A DNA stretch of 53,703 nucleotides from Candidatus Epulonipiscium sp. (lineage in GTDB: Bacteria > Bacillota > Clostridia > Lachnospirales > JAAYNZ01), in contig JAAYNZ010000020.1 in NCBI GenBank assembly GCA_012520595.1, positions 1 to 53,703 of the forward strand. Direction: 5' to 3'. A program made the translations under genes and the position numbers. Shown one piece after another: positions 29,185 through 41,785 of the stretch (positions are counted from its first letter, which is position 1; every line of letters begins with the position of its first letter). The notes beneath the pieces were generated by a model. It saw only the letters and a program-made list of their open reading frames with translations, did not search any database and was not told the DNA's origin.

Positions 29185-30174
29185 ATGACTTTTTTTCAAA
29201 CAAGAACCGATTTGGCCATTGAAGCTCGGGAGATGATACAAAAAGAAGACCAGACTGGGGAAATTCCAGGAGTAAAAGTAGAGATGGAGCAAAAGGAAGA
29301 CTTAAAATTGAAAATAACAAAAGTAAAAATCATGGATAATAAAGGGGCAGAAGTAATGGGAAAACCAATAGGAACTTATGTTACCATTGAAAGCCCATTT
29401 CTAAAAGAAAATGATATGGATACTCATGAAGATTTTATTCGAATTGTAGGAAAAGAATTAATTCGTTTAAAAGAATTATCAGAAGAAGATGTTATTTTAG
29501 TCGTGGGTTTAGGAAACTGGAATGTAACCCCAGATGCTCTAGGTCCTAAAGTGGTTTCTCAATTAGTAGTTACAAGGCATTTAATGGAATATATGCCTGA
29601 ACAAATCGATGAATCACTTCGTTCTGTTAGTGCTATATCACCAGGGGTTTTAGGAATTACAGGGATTGAGACAGGAGAAATTATTCAGGGCATTGTGGAT
29701 AAGATCGCTCCAGATGTAGTCATTGCTATTGATGCTTTAGCAGCTAGAAAAGCTAGTCGAGTCAATACAGCTATTCAAATGTCTGATACAGGCGTTCATC
29801 CTGGATCAGGTGTAGGAAATAAACGAATGGGTCTCAATAAAGAAACCTTAGGTGTTCCAGTTATTGCAGTTGGAGTTCCTACAGTGATTGATGCCGCTAC
29901 TTTAGTCAATGATACAATGGATCAATTATTAGATACTATGAAAGCAGAGGCAATGAAGGAAGGTCCTTTTTATGAAATGCTACAAAATGTAAACAAAGAA
30001 GAAAAATATCAGTTAATTCGAGAAATATTAGCTCCTTATGTAGGCAATCTTTTTGTAACTCCAAAAGATATTGATGCAACCATTGATCGGCTGGCTCATC
30101 TGATTGCTCAAGGAATCAATATGGCTTTACATCCAGGCTTAGATACAAAAGATATAGGTCGATATATCAATTAA
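29185..30174 (+). CDS. gpr: Germination protease GPR (peptidase A25)
   Basis: RTDLAIEA, GLGNWNVTPDALGP, AIDALAA and VTPKDID motifs. Confidence 0.97.
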   Translation: MTFFQTRTDLAIEAREMIQKEDQTGEIPGVKVEMEQKEDLKLKITKVKIMDNKGAEVMGKPIGTYVTIESPFLKENDMDTHEDFIRIVGKELIRLKELSEEDVILVVGLGNWNVTPDALGPKVVSQLVVTRHLMEYMPEQIDESLRSVSAISPGVLGITGIETGEIIQGIVDKIAPDVVIAIDALAARKASRVNTAIQMSDTGVHPGSGVGNKRMGLNKETLGVPVIAVGVPTVIDAATLVNDTMDQLLDTMKAEAMKEGPFYEMLQNVNKEEKYQLIREILAPYVGNLFVTPKDIDATIDRLAHLIAQGINMALHPGLDTKDIGRYIN

Positions 30175-30193
30175 GGACTAGTTATTATTTTAA

Positions 30194-30222
30194 TCATAAT
30201 GTACTCCTCTTTATAATATGCT
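30194..30222 (+). promoter_or_regulatory. Possible sigma-E promoter for spoIIP
   Basis: TCATAAT...AATATGCT, with ATA-N16 spacing. Confidence 0.45.
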
Positions 30223-30296
30223 ATAAAAGAAGAAAATTTTCATAAATTTCTATTGAAGGTTTTTACACAGCATGGATAAAGAGAGGTGCAGTAAAG

Positions 30297-31577
30297 ATGC
30301 GGATTCACACCATTGAAGGAAAAAAAGTAATACAAGGTTTCATATGGGTTTTGATTTGTGCAATATTGTTCTATGTGGTTTATCGAATTTTTATTACATC
30401 TTATTTGTCACCCCCCTCCTATGTTTCAATGAGTGCCATTCCAAAGGAGGGGAAAATTCCTCTTCATGTATACCAACGTTGGCTAGGAGAAAGTGTACCA
30501 CATATGGATAAGGCAAAAACATTTTCAAAGGATCATTTTTCTATCTTTCTTTTGCAGTGGGTGACTCATTTAAATTTTAATAATAAGACGACTTTGTTGG
30601 ATGGGGTGATCCCTTATATTTCTTATGTAAATCAACAGCAGATGAAAGAAATTTCCTTAGTAGAAGTATATCCACGGTTAAAAAGTAAAAAGAAAAATCC
30701 TCAGGATTCACAGGAAGAAATCTTTGATGAATCCATTGATTTTTTTAAAAAAGAGGATTCTACAACTTCACTCCCATCCCATTTGCCATTGACTATAACA
30801 GAAGAAAATCTTAAAGATATGAATTTTTTATTGAAGAATCTTTATAACATAGAAGGGAATATGCCACTAACAATTAATGATTTCCCTACTCAAACTTTTT
30901 TAATGAAAGATTTAAAATTGCAGCCAGCTAGGTCAGAAGAACCTAAAATTTTGATTTTTCACACTCACTCTCAAGAAGCTTTCAAGGATAGTCGTCCAGG
31001 AAAAGTGGAAGATACAGTAGTAGGATTAGGACAAACATTAACAGATATTCTTAGAAATCAATATGGAGTAGGAGTCATTCATGATACAGGAATGTATGAT
31101 GTAGTAAATGGCCGGGAGTATCGAACAAACTCCTATGAAAGAGCAGAAAAACCGATTTTAGATCTTCTCAAAAAACACCCAAGTGTTGAAGTTGTCATTG
31201 ATCTCCATCGTGATGGAGTTCTTGATCATGTTCGACTAGAAACGAATATCCAAGGGAAACCCACTGCTAAAATTATGTTTGTAAATGGAATTTGTAAAAT
31301 TGCATCTGATGGAAAAATGCGGTCTTTGGATTATTTACCTAATCCTTATCTAGAAGATAATATGGCTTTCAGTCTTCAAATGCAACTCAAGGCCAATGAA
31401 CTTTATCCTGGATTAACTCGTAAAATTTATATTAAGCCCTATCGTTATAGTCTACATATGAAACCCAAATCTCTTTTAATCGAAGTAGGAGCCCAAACAA
31501 ATACGGTAGAAGAAGCTTATAATGCCATGGAACCTTTGGCTCACATTTTAATGACTGTTCTTAGAGAAGAAGGTTAG
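30297..31577 (+). CDS. spoIIP: Stage II sporulation protein P (amidase/endopeptidase)
   Basis: ILIFHTHSQE, IDLHRDG and LIEVGAQTNT motifs. Follows gpr. Confidence 0.93.
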   Translation: MRIHTIEGKKVIQGFIWVLICAILFYVVYRIFITSYLSPPSYVSMSAIPKEGKIPLHVYQRWLGESVPHMDKAKTFSKDHFSIFLLQWVTHLNFNNKTTLLDGVIPYISYVNQQQMKEISLVEVYPRLKSKKKNPQDSQEEIFDESIDFFKKEDSTTSLPSHLPLTITEENLKDMNFLLKNLYNIEGNMPLTINDFPTQTFLMKDLKLQPARSEEPKILIFHTHSQEAFKDSRPGKVEDTVVGLGQTLTDILRNQYGVGVIHDTGMYDVVNGREYRTNSYERAEKPILDLLKKHPSVEVVIDLHRDGVLDHVRLETNIQGKPTAKIMFVNGICKIASDGKMRSLDYLPNPYLEDNMAFSLQMQLKANELYPGLTRKIYIKPYRYSLHMKPKSLLIEVGAQTNTVEEAYNAMEPLAHILMTVLREEG

Positions 31578-31579
31578 GC

Positions 31580-31608
31580 TTGAGGATTCCTCCGCCCTAT
31601 GCTATAAT
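31580..31608 (+). promoter_or_regulatory. Sigma-A promoter for lepA
   Basis: TTGAGG-N17-TATAAT with an extended TG. Confidence 0.6.
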
Positions 31609-31690
31609 ATCCATCAGCACAATGGATTATAAGTTTAAAGGTATAGATTTTTTAAAATATCTATACTAAGACGAAGGAGGAATTCCGTCA

Positions 31691-33499
31691 ATGTCTTCAA
31701 GCAGACAAGATCATATTAGAAATTTTTGCATTATCGCACATATTGATCATGGAAAATCCACCCTTGCCGATCGAATTATCCAAACAACAGGATTGCTTAC
31801 TGAAAGAGAAATGCAAGAGCAGATTCTAGATAATATGGATTTAGAACGGGAGAGAGGGATTACAATTAAATCCCAATGTGTTCGTTTAATTTACAAGGCA
31901 AAAAATGGTGAAGAATATATTTTCAATTTAATTGACACTCCAGGTCATGTGGATTTTAATTATGAAGTATCCCGTAGTTTAGCAGCTTGTGAAGGTGCTA
32001 TTTTAGTTGTGGATGCAGCCCAAGGAATTGAAGCACAAACATTGGCAAATGTATACTTAGCATTAGAACATAATTTAGAAATTTTACCTGTTATCAATAA
32101 AATTGATTTGCCTAGTGCAAACCCAGATATGGTAAAAAAAGAGATAGAAGATATTATTGGTCTACCAGCCATGGATGCTCCTTTGATTTCAGCCAAAATA
32201 GGATTAAATATAGAAGAAGTTTTGGAGAAAATTGTAGAGGTAATTCCCTCCCCTCAAGGAGATCGTGAAGCTCCTCTGAAAGCGCTTGTTTTTGATTCGG
32301 TTTATGATGCTTATCGTGGAGTCATTGTATTTTGTCGTATTAAAGAAGGTAGCATTAAAAAAGGGATGAATGTCCGTATGATGGCTACAGGAAAAGAGTT
32401 TGAAGTAGTCGAAGTAGGTTTTTTTGGAGCTGGTCAATTCATTCCTACTGATGAACTTACTCCAGGTACAGTAGGGTATTTTACTGCCAGTATCAAAAAC
32501 TTAAAGGATACGCGAGTAGGAGATACAGTAACAAATGTCAACAATCCTACCCAAGAACCTTTACCAGGATATAAAAAGGTAAACCCCATGGTATATTGCG
32601 GGATGTATCCAGCTGATGGAGCCAAGTACGAGGATTTAAAAGAATCATTAGAAAAGTTACAATTGAATGATGCGGCTCTTTATTTTGAACCAGAAACGTC
32701 AGCAGCTTTAGGATTTGGATTTCGTTGTGGATTTTTAGGCTTATTACATTTAGAAATTATTCAAGAAAGATTAGAAAGAGAATATAATATTGATTTAGTT
32801 ACAACAGCTCCTAGTGTTATTTATAAAGTATATAAGACAAATGAAGAAATGATTCTTTTATCCAATCCTACGGAATTACCTTCACCAGCTGAAATTGATT
32901 ATATGGAAGAACCCATTGTAAAAGCGGAAATAATGGTTCCTACTGATTACATAGGAGCCATTATGGAGCTGTGCCAAGAACGTAGAGGGGTTTATATTAG
33001 TATGCAATATTTAGATGAAACTCGAGCTTTATTAACATACGAGTTGCCCTTAAATGAAATTATTTATGATTTTTTTGATGCGTTAAAATCCAGAACACGA
33101 GGATATGCCTCTTTTGATTATGAATTAATTGGTTATCAACAATCCGATTTAGTTAAATTAGACATTATGATTAATCGCGAAGTAGTAGATGCTCTTTCTT
33201 TTATTGTTCATGAATCAAAAGCTTATGAACGAGGACGTAAAATTGCTGAAAAATTAAAAGATGAAATTCCAAGACATTTATTTGAAATTCCTATTCAAGC
33301 TGCTATTGGTCAGAAAGTCATAGCCAGAGAAACCATTCGAGCTCTTCGAAAAGATGTATTAGCCAAATGTTATGGAGGAGATATTAGTCGAAAGCGGAAA
33401 TTATTAGAAAAGCAAAAAGAAGGTAAGAAAAGAATGCGTCAAGTAGGTAATGTTGAAGTACCTCAATCAGCTTTTATGAGTGTTTTAAAATTGGAGTAA
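31691..33499 (+). CDS. lepA: Translation elongation factor 4 (LepA)
   Basis: [25 protein letters not shown] and AKCYGGD motifs. Confidence 0.99.
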   Translation: MSSSRQDHIRNFCIIAHIDHGKSTLADRIIQTTGLLTEREMQEQILDNMDLERERGITIKSQCVRLIYKAKNGEEYIFNLIDTPGHVDFNYEVSRSLAACEGAILVVDAAQGIEAQTLANVYLALEHNLEILPVINKIDLPSANPDMVKKEIEDIIGLPAMDAPLISAKIGLNIEEVLEKIVEVIPSPQGDREAPLKALVFDSVYDAYRGVIVFCRIKEGSIKKGMNVRMMATGKEFEVVEVGFFGAGQFIPTDELTPGTVGYFTASIKNLKDTRVGDTVTNVNNPTQEPLPGYKKVNPMVYCGMYPADGAKYEDLKESLEKLQLNDAALYFEPETSAALGFGFRCGFLGLLHLEIIQERLEREYNIDLVTTAPSVIYKVYKTNEEMILLSNPTELPSPAEIDYMEEPIVKAEIMVPTDYIGAIMELCQERRGVYISMQYLDETRALLTYELPLNEIIYDFFDALKSRTRGYASFDYELIGYQQSDLVKLDIMINREVVDALSFIVHESKAYERGRKIAEKLKDEIPRHLFEIPIQAAIGQKVIARETIRALRKDVLAKCYGGDISRKRKLLEKQKEGKKRMRQVGNVEVPQSAFMSVLKLE

Positions 33500-33506
33500 A
33501 ATAACA

Positions 33507-34649
33507 ATGAAAAAAACGATCGGTTTATATATTCATATTCCTTTTTGTAAATCCAAATGTTATTACTGTGATTTTTTATCTAAACCCAATCAGGAAGATT
33601 ATTTTCAAGCCTATGTTCGAGCCTTAGAGAAGGAAATGTTAGCTTATCATAAACTGCTTTCTGATTATGTAGTAACAAGCATTTTTATTGGAGGAGGCAC
33701 GCCGACGATTCTTCCAATCGAATTATTACAAAAAATAGGGATTCGGTTAGGCGAACTTTTTTTTATCGATCCTAAGGCTGAATTTACTATTGAATCCAAT
33801 CCAGGAACACTTTCTTTTGAAGCATTAAGTGGATTAAAAAAAACAGGAGTAAATCGGTTAAGTATTGGTTTACAAGCTTTTCAAAATAGACTATTAAAAA
33901 AATTAGGACGAGCCCATACCCTAGAACAGTTTTTACAAAATTATGAAAATGCTTTAAAGGTTGGTTTTGACAATATTAATATTGATTTAATGTTTGGATT
34001 GCCAGAACAAGAAACACGAGATTGGGAAGAGTCTTTATTAAAAGTGATTCAATTAGATCCACCTCATCTTTCTTGTTATAGTTTGATTTTAGAAGAAGGT
34101 ACTCCTTTTTTTAGGATGTGGGATCAAGGTCATCTCCTGTTACCCACGGAAGACGATACACTCCAGATGTATCGAAAGTGTATTCAGATGCTAACAGATG
34201 CAGGCTATGAACATTATGAAATTTCTAATTTTGCAAAGCCTCAAAGAAAATGTAAACATAATCTAAGATATTGGAATTGTGATGAATATGTGGGATTGGG
34301 AGTAGGAGCTCATTCTTATTTTCAAGGAATTCGATACCATAACCAAGAAAATCTAGCTCAATATATAAAAGAAAGCTACTGTCTTCAAAAATTGCAAAAA
34401 GATCCACAAGCTATACATGCTAAAGAAGCTTATGAGGAATATATGTTTTTAGGTTTACGTTTGATTCAAGGAGTATCAAAGGAAGAATTTTATCATCGTT
34501 TTCAACGATCAATGGAAGAAGTATATGGATCTGTCTTGCAAAAATTAGTCAAACTAGGATTGTTAAAAGAAGAAGAAAACAACGTTAAATTGACAAAACG
34601 GGGGCTAGAAGTAGGTAATGTAGTTTTTGAACAATTTTTATTGGAATAA
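33507..34649 (+). CDS. hemW: Radical SAM heme chaperone HemW (HemN-like)
   Basis: LYIHIPFCKSKCYYCDF, GGGTP and YEISNF...HNLRYW motifs. Confidence 0.92.
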   Translation: MKKTIGLYIHIPFCKSKCYYCDFLSKPNQEDYFQAYVRALEKEMLAYHKLLSDYVVTSIFIGGGTPTILPIELLQKIGIRLGELFFIDPKAEFTIESNPGTLSFEALSGLKKTGVNRLSIGLQAFQNRLLKKLGRAHTLEQFLQNYENALKVGFDNINIDLMFGLPEQETRDWEESLLKVIQLDPPHLSCYSLILEEGTPFFRMWDQGHLLLPTEDDTLQMYRKCIQMLTDAGYEHYEISNFAKPQRKCKHNLRYWNCDEYVGLGVGAHSYFQGIRYHNQENLAQYIKESYCLQKLQKDPQAIHAKEAYEEYMFLGLRLIQGVSKEEFYHRFQRSMEEVYGSVLQKLVKLGLLKEEENNVKLTKRGLEVGNVVFEQFLLE

Positions 34650-34664
34650 ATATAAAAATATCAC

Positions 34665-34693
34665 TTGACAAATAAAAGATAGAGTGATACTTT
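34665..34693 (+). promoter_or_regulatory. Sigma-A promoter of the hrcA operon
   Basis: TTGACA-N17-TACTTT with an extended TG. Confidence 0.75.
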
Positions 34694-34704
34694 TATGTCA
34701 GATG

Positions 34705-34731
34705 TTAGCACTCACAACGCTAGAGTGCTAA
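34705..34731. promoter_or_regulatory. CIRCE element (HrcA operator)
   Basis: Perfect TTAGCACTC-N9-GAGTGCTAA. Confidence 0.98.
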
Positions 34732-34753
34732 CAATAATAAAGGAAGGGATAGT

Positions 34754-35800
34754 ATGGATTTAAATGAAAGGAAATTAAAGATTTTACATGCGATTATTTG
34801 TGACTATTTAGAAACAGCAGAACCAGTAGGCTCGCGAACCATTTCTAAAAAATACAACTTGGGAGTTAGTTCTGCCACTATCAGGAATGAAATGTCTGAT
34901 TTAGAAGAATTAGGGTTTATTATACAACCTCATACTTCTGCTGGGCGTATTCCTTCTGATAAAGGATATCGTTTATATGTAGAACAGTTAATGGAATATC
35001 CCGTAGTGGAAATGTATCAAATACAGTTAGTTAAACAAATCATCGTAGAAAAAATTGATAAAATTGAATCCATGCTTCAAGAAATTAACAAGTTATTATC
35101 AATGATAACTAATTATACAACTCTTATTTCTTCGCCAAGGCTTCATAAAACAAAGTTAAAACATATGCAGTTAATTCCTTTAGATGAACGTTCCATTATC
35201 TTAGTAACAGTAACAGATGGAAATATTGTTCGCAATCATATTTTAAATATTACAACACCTATTCCGTCTCAAACTTTATTAAGGCTTTCAAACATGTTAA
35301 ATCAACGTTTACAGGGATTAACTCTAGAACAAATTAATTTGCCTTTGATACAAAGTTTAAAGCAACAGATGGGGAGTCATGGCCTTTTACTAAACGATGT
35401 ATTAGATGTCATTGCAGAAACCATTCAATTTGTAGATGAACCCGAAATTTATATGAGTGGAGCTATTAATATTTTAGATTTTCCAGAGTTTAATGATGTA
35501 TTGAAAGCTAAAAATTTATTTCATGCCTTAGAAGAAAAAGATCTTCTTGTGACCATATTATCCCCAAAACCTTTCAAACAACAAGAACAAAATATTCAAA
35601 TCACCATTGGCAATGAAAACATTGCAGAAGAGATGAAAGATTGTAGTGTTGTTACTACAAACTATCGAATTGGTGACCAGACAGTAGGAACCATAGGAGT
35701 TTTAGGCCCTACTCGTATGGATTATGGACGTGTTGTTTCCACTCTTTCTCATTTGGTGGAATATATGGATCATATCATAAAAGATTTAATGGATGGATAA
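34754..35800 (+). CDS. hrcA: Heat-inducible transcription repressor HrcA
   Basis: EPVGSR, SSATIRNEM, PHTSAGRIPS and GPTRMDY motifs. Confidence 0.98.
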   Translation: MDLNERKLKILHAIICDYLETAEPVGSRTISKKYNLGVSSATIRNEMSDLEELGFIIQPHTSAGRIPSDKGYRLYVEQLMEYPVVEMYQIQLVKQIIVEKIDKIESMLQEINKLLSMITNYTTLISSPRLHKTKLKHMQLIPLDERSIILVTVTDGNIVRNHILNITTPIPSQTLLRLSNMLNQRLQGLTLEQINLPLIQSLKQQMGSHGLLLNDVLDVIAETIQFVDEPEIYMSGAINILDFPEFNDVLKAKNLFHALEEKDLLVTILSPKPFKQQEQNIQITIGNENIAEEMKDCSVVTTNYRIGDQTVGTIGVLGPTRMDYGRVVSTLSHLVEYMDHIIKDLMDG

Positions 35801-36416
35801 AAAGATAAAACAAGAGAAAGGGGTCAAGCCAGTGAGTAAAGATGAAACCCTAAAAAAAGAAACCAAAAAAGAAGAAAAAATAGTAGAAATGGATTCGCAA
35901 ACGACAGAAGTGGAAGTAGAATCCATGGAAGAAGCAGTAGATGATATTGATGCAGAAGTTCTTAAAAAAAGGCTAAAAGAACAGGAAGAGAAAAATCAAG
36001 AGTACTTCGATCGTTTACAGCGAACTATGGCAGAATTTGATAATTTTAGAAAGCGCACTGTAAAAGAAAAATCCAATATGTATGATATGGGTGTAAAAGA
36101 TACAGTAGAAAAAATCTTACCTATTATTGATAATTTTGAAAGAGCTCTTTTGAATACAAAAGAGGGAGAAGAAATAAATGATGGTTTTGTACAAGGAGTA
36201 GAAATGATTTATAAGCAATTTAAAAATATATTAGACGAAATGGGTGTAAAGGAAATAGAAGCAATTGGAAAACCTTTTGACCCTAATTTTCATAATGCTG
36301 TTACTCATGTACAAGATGAAAAGTATAAAGAAAATGAAGTTATTGAGGAATTTCAAAAAGGATATTTATACCAGGATCAAGTCATTCGATATAGTATGGT
36401 AACTGTTGCTAATTAG
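35793..36416 (+). CDS. grpE: Nucleotide exchange factor GrpE (alternative start GTG 35832)
   Basis: AEFDNFRKR, DNFERAL, FDPNFHNAV and QKGY motifs. Confidence 0.96.
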   Translation: MDKKIKQEKGVKPVSKDETLKKETKKEEKIVEMDSQTTEVEVESMEEAVDDIDAEVLKKRLKEQEEKNQEYFDRLQRTMAEFDNFRKRTVKEKSNMYDMGVKDTVEKILPIIDNFERALLNTKEGEEINDGFVQGVEMIYKQFKNILDEMGVKEIEAIGKPFDPNFHNAVTHVQDEKYKENEVIEEFQKGYLYQDQVIRYSMVTVAN

Positions 36417-36459
36417 TATTTCTATTGAATATAAAGAGTGTTGATTTTATTGAAAATAA

Positions 36460-38319
<1,860 letters not shown>

Positions 38320-38335
38320 TGAATTGATTTAAAAG

Positions 38336-38363
38336 AGCCAAAGATAAAAGTCTTTGGCTTTTT
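38336..38363 (+). terminator. Terminator after dnaK
   Basis: agccaaaga / tctttggct stem followed by tttt. Confidence 0.7.
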
Positions 38364-38382
38364 CAAAGTATAATGATATAAT
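38354..38382 (+). promoter_or_regulatory. Putative sigma-A promoter for dnaJ
   Basis: TTGGCT-N17-TATAAT with an extended TG. Confidence 0.55.
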
Positions 38383-38466
38383 AATAAACGTTATGAATAT
38401 TGATATTTACAATAAAAGCATCCATATATATCCTTATTTATATTGTGTAAGTGGAAGGTGAAAAAA

Positions 38467-39615
38467 ATGGCAGCAAAAAGAGATTATTATGAAATATTAG
38501 GTGTGGATCGAACTGCTTCAGAAGCAGAGATAAAAAAAGCATACCGAAAACTAGCCAAACAATACCATCCGGATATGAATCCGGATAATGAAGATGCAGA
38601 ACAAAAGTTTAAAGAAGCTACAGAAGCTTATGAAGTTTTAAGTGATACAGAAAAAAGATCACAATATGATCAATTTGGTCATGCCGCTTTTAATGGAGCA
38701 GGACCTGGAGGATTTAGTGGTGGATTTACTGATTTTGATATGGGAGACATCTTTGGAAGTATGTTTGGTGATATTTTTGGTGGAGGAATGAACCAACGGC
38801 AACGAACAGGACCAATGCAAGGAGCAGATGTACGTACTTCAATTAACATTGATTTTCATGAAGCTGCCTTTGGTGTTGATAAAGAAATTGAAATTGTAGT
38901 AGGAGAAAACTGTACCACTTGTCATGGAACAGGTGCAAAACCAGGTACACAGCCACAAACATGTAAACATTGTAACGGAACGGGACAAGTACGATACAAT
39001 CAAAACACCCTTTTTGGAAGTATGACCAGTATTCGAACATGTGATGTATGTCAGGGTGAGGGAAAGATTATTGCAGATCCTTGCAATACCTGTCATGGAA
39101 AAGGAATCGTAAAAAACAAAAAGAAAATTCAAGTAAATATTCCAGCAGGGATTGATCATGGACAAAGCATTCGTTTACAAGGGAAAGGAGAACCAGGCCA
39201 ACGTGGAGGTCCCTATGGTGATTTATTGATTACCATTTTAGTAAAACCTCATCCTATTTTTGAAAGGCAAGGGTATGATATTTATTGTAAGATTCCTATT
39301 ACCTTTGTACAAGCTGCTCTAGGTGGTAAGTTGCAAGTTCCTACATTAGATGGAAAAGTGGAATATAGCATTAAGGAAGGAACCCAAACAGGAACTACTT
39401 TTCGTTTAAAAGGCAAAGGTGTGCCTTATCTTAGAAATCCCAAGATGCGTGGAGATCAATATGTTACAGTAACCATTGATGTTCCAACAAGGTTAAACGA
39501 AGAACAAAGAAAAAAATTAGAAGAATTTGCCCAAATTAGTGGAGATGAAGTACATTCTCAGAGAAAAGGTTTTTTTGAAAAAGTAAAAGATGCTTTCGGA
39601 GAAGCTTTAAGCTAA
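38467..39615 (+). CDS. dnaJ: Chaperone DnaJ
   Basis: HPD J-domain, G/F-rich region and four CxxCxGxG repeats. Confidence 0.98.
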   Translation: MAAKRDYYEILGVDRTASEAEIKKAYRKLAKQYHPDMNPDNEDAEQKFKEATEAYEVLSDTEKRSQYDQFGHAAFNGAGPGGFSGGFTDFDMGDIFGSMFGDIFGGGMNQRQRTGPMQGADVRTSINIDFHEAAFGVDKEIEIVVGENCTTCHGTGAKPGTQPQTCKHCNGTGQVRYNQNTLFGSMTSIRTCDVCQGEGKIIADPCNTCHGKGIVKNKKKIQVNIPAGIDHGQSIRLQGKGEPGQRGGPYGDLLITILVKPHPIFERQGYDIYCKIPITFVQAALGGKLQVPTLDGKVEYSIKEGTQTGTTFRLKGKGVPYLRNPKMRGDQYVTVTIDVPTRLNEEQRKKLEEFAQISGDEVHSQRKGFFEKVKDAFGEALS

Positions 39616-39645
39616 TCGTATAGGTTAAATAAAGGAGGGATTAAA

Positions 39646-40590
39646 TTGCAGTGGATTGAAATAAAAATCATAACAAGAACAGAAGCTGTTGAAGCTATTT
39701 CTTATATGTTGACGGAATTAGGGATAAAAGGAGTTCGCATTGATGATCCTAAAGATATTTTAATGCAAGAAAAAGATGAGTGTGCATGGGATTATGTTGA
39801 TGAAGCCCTCCTACAATCAAAAGATCCAGATGTGGTAGAAATTTTTTGCTATCTTTCAGAAGAAGATTATTATTTACAACGCATTGAAGAAATTAAAAGT
39901 CGTTTGGCTATGATTGCACAATTTATTCCTATTGGAGAAGGAACAGTAACCCTTCAAAAGGTAAAAGAAGAAGAATGGGCCAATGCTTGGAAACAATATT
40001 ACAAACCTTTTCGAGCAGCCAAGCAAATTGTCATTGAGCCTACGTGGGAAAAGGCTACTTTTGTACAAGAAGGCGACCAGGTCATTAAACTTGACCCAGG
40101 TATGGCTTTTGGCACGGGAACTCATGAGACAACTTCTTTATGCATCCAATCATTAGAAAAGTATGTGACTCCAAATGATACAATTTTGGACATTGGATGT
40201 GGTAGCGGAATTTTAGGAATTGTAGCAGGAAAGTTAGGAGCTAAAAAAGTAATTGGTGTAGATATTGATCCTAATGCCATCAAGGTGGCAAAAGAAAATG
40301 TTCAGATTAATCAAGTAGACGAGATTGTAGAGATTCGACAAGGAGACTTGTTAGAAGTAGTAGAAGAAAAAACAGATTGTATTGTAGCCAATATTATTGC
40401 CGATGTCATTATCAAACTAGTAGAATCTGTTCCACAGGTTCTTCGACCAAAAGGATTTTTTATTGCTTCCGGCATTATTATGGAACGTTTAGAAGAAGTA
40501 AAACAGGCCATTGAAAAAAGTTCCTTTGATCTTGTAGAAGTATTGACGAAGGGAGACTGGGCTGCTGTTGTTGCTCGAAAGAAAGAGTGA
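39646..40590 (+). CDS. prmA: Ribosomal protein L11 methyltransferase
   Basis: LDPGMAFGTGTHETT and LDIGCGSGIL motifs. Confidence 0.97.
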   Translation: MQWIEIKIITRTEAVEAISYMLTELGIKGVRIDDPKDILMQEKDECAWDYVDEALLQSKDPDVVEIFCYLSEEDYYLQRIEEIKSRLAMIAQFIPIGEGTVTLQKVKEEEWANAWKQYYKPFRAAKQIVIEPTWEKATFVQEGDQVIKLDPGMAFGTGTHETTSLCIQSLEKYVTPNDTILDIGCGSGILGIVAGKLGAKKVIGVDIDPNAIKVAKENVQINQVDEIVEIRQGDLLEVVEEKTDCIVANIIADVIIKLVESVPQVLRPKGFFIASGIIMERLEEVKQAIEKSSFDLVEVLTKGDWAAVVARKKE

Positions 40591-40594
40591 GAGT

Positions 40595-41335
40595 ATGGCT
40601 AAATTTTTTGTAGATCCAAAACAAATTCAAAATGAGTCCATTCAAATCCAAAACTCTCAAGATATCATACACATTAAAAATGTTCTACGCTTAGGAAAAA
40701 AAGATAAACTTTGGATTAGTGATGGACAACAAATGGAATATGAGTGTATAATAGAGGATATAGAACAAAATGAAATCCATGTAAAGATTCTAAATAGATA
40801 TAGGAGCGACAGTGAACCTGCTATACATGTCACTTTGTTTCAAGGTTTGCCAAAGTCAGATAAATTGGAATGGATTATACAAAAAGCTGTAGAATTGGGT
40901 GTTCATCAAATAGTACCCATGATTACAGAAAGGACCGTTGTTAAAATAAGTGATCCGCAAAAAATAAAGAAGAAATGGGAACGTTGGAATAAGATAGGAG
41001 AATCAGCTGCCAAACAATCAGGGCGTGGTAAGATACCATCCATTTCTTTGCCTGTTTCATATCAAGAAGCATTGCGGTTAGGAAAAGAATTAGACCATGC
41101 AATTATCCCCTATGAAAAAGAAGAAAATGAAACATTAAAGCATATTCTCCCAGTCCCTTTACAACAGTCCATTGGTATATTTATTGGACCAGAAGGCGGT
41201 TTTACATTTGAAGAAATTCAAAGAGCCAAAGAACAAAACATTGTACCTATTACGCTAGGCAAACGGATTTTACGTACAGAAACGGCAGGATTAGCAGTTT
41301 TGTCGATCATTATGTATGAGGCTGGGGAGGTATAA
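40595..41335 (+). CDS. rsmE: 16S rRNA m3U1498 methyltransferase
   Basis: HIKNVLR, QKAVELG, IGPEGGF and LGKRILRTETA motifs. Confidence 0.96.
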   Translation: MAKFFVDPKQIQNESIQIQNSQDIIHIKNVLRLGKKDKLWISDGQQMEYECIIEDIEQNEIHVKILNRYRSDSEPAIHVTLFQGLPKSDKLEWIIQKAVELGVHQIVPMITERTVVKISDPQKIKKKWERWNKIGESAAKQSGRGKIPSISLPVSYQEALRLGKELDHAIIPYEKEENETLKHILPVPLQQSIGIFIGPEGGFTFEEIQRAKEQNIVPITLGKRILRTETAGLAVLSIIMYEAGEV

Positions 41336-41338
41336 AAT

Positions 41339-41707
41339 ATGACAAATATAAAAATCCTAATTGTTGACGATGCTATTTTTATGCGAACTGTTTTAAAAAA
41401 AATGCTTGTGGAAGAAAATTTAACAGTTGTTGGAGAAGCCAATAGTGGTTTAGAAGCCATTGAAATGGCAAAAAAATTACAACCAGATTTAATTACCCTT
41501 GATATTACAATGCCTGAAATGGATGGAATTACAGCTATTGAAGAAATTCTCAAGGTGAGTCCTCATTCAAAAATCATTATGTGTTCAGCCATGGGACAAC
41601 AAGCCATGGTGATTGATGCCATTAAGCGAGGGGCTAAGGATTTTATTGTAAAACCTTTTGAAAAATCCAGGGTTTTACAAGCAATTCAGAATGTTATGAG
41701 AGAGTAA
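41339..41707 (+). CDS. Single-domain response regulator, Firmicutes CheY-like
   Basis: ILIVDDAIFMR, LDITMPEMDG, CSAMGQQAMV and DFIVKPF motifs. Confidence 0.9.
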   Translation: MTNIKILIVDDAIFMRTVLKKMLVEENLTVVGEANSGLEAIEMAKKLQPDLITLDITMPEMDGITAIEEILKVSPHSKIIMCSAMGQQAMVIDAIKRGAKDFIVKPFEKSRVLQAIQNVMRE

Positions 41708-41712
41708 GATTT

Positions 41713-41745
41713 AAACTGGTGGGGAAGCCTGCCAGTTTTCCTTTT
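41713..41745 (+). terminator. Terminator after the CheY-like gene
   Basis: aaactggtggg-gaag-cctgccagttt followed by tcctttt. Confidence 0.65.
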
Positions 41746-41785
41746 GTAAAGAGTATGATCATTAACGATAAACAGAGGTGAGCTT

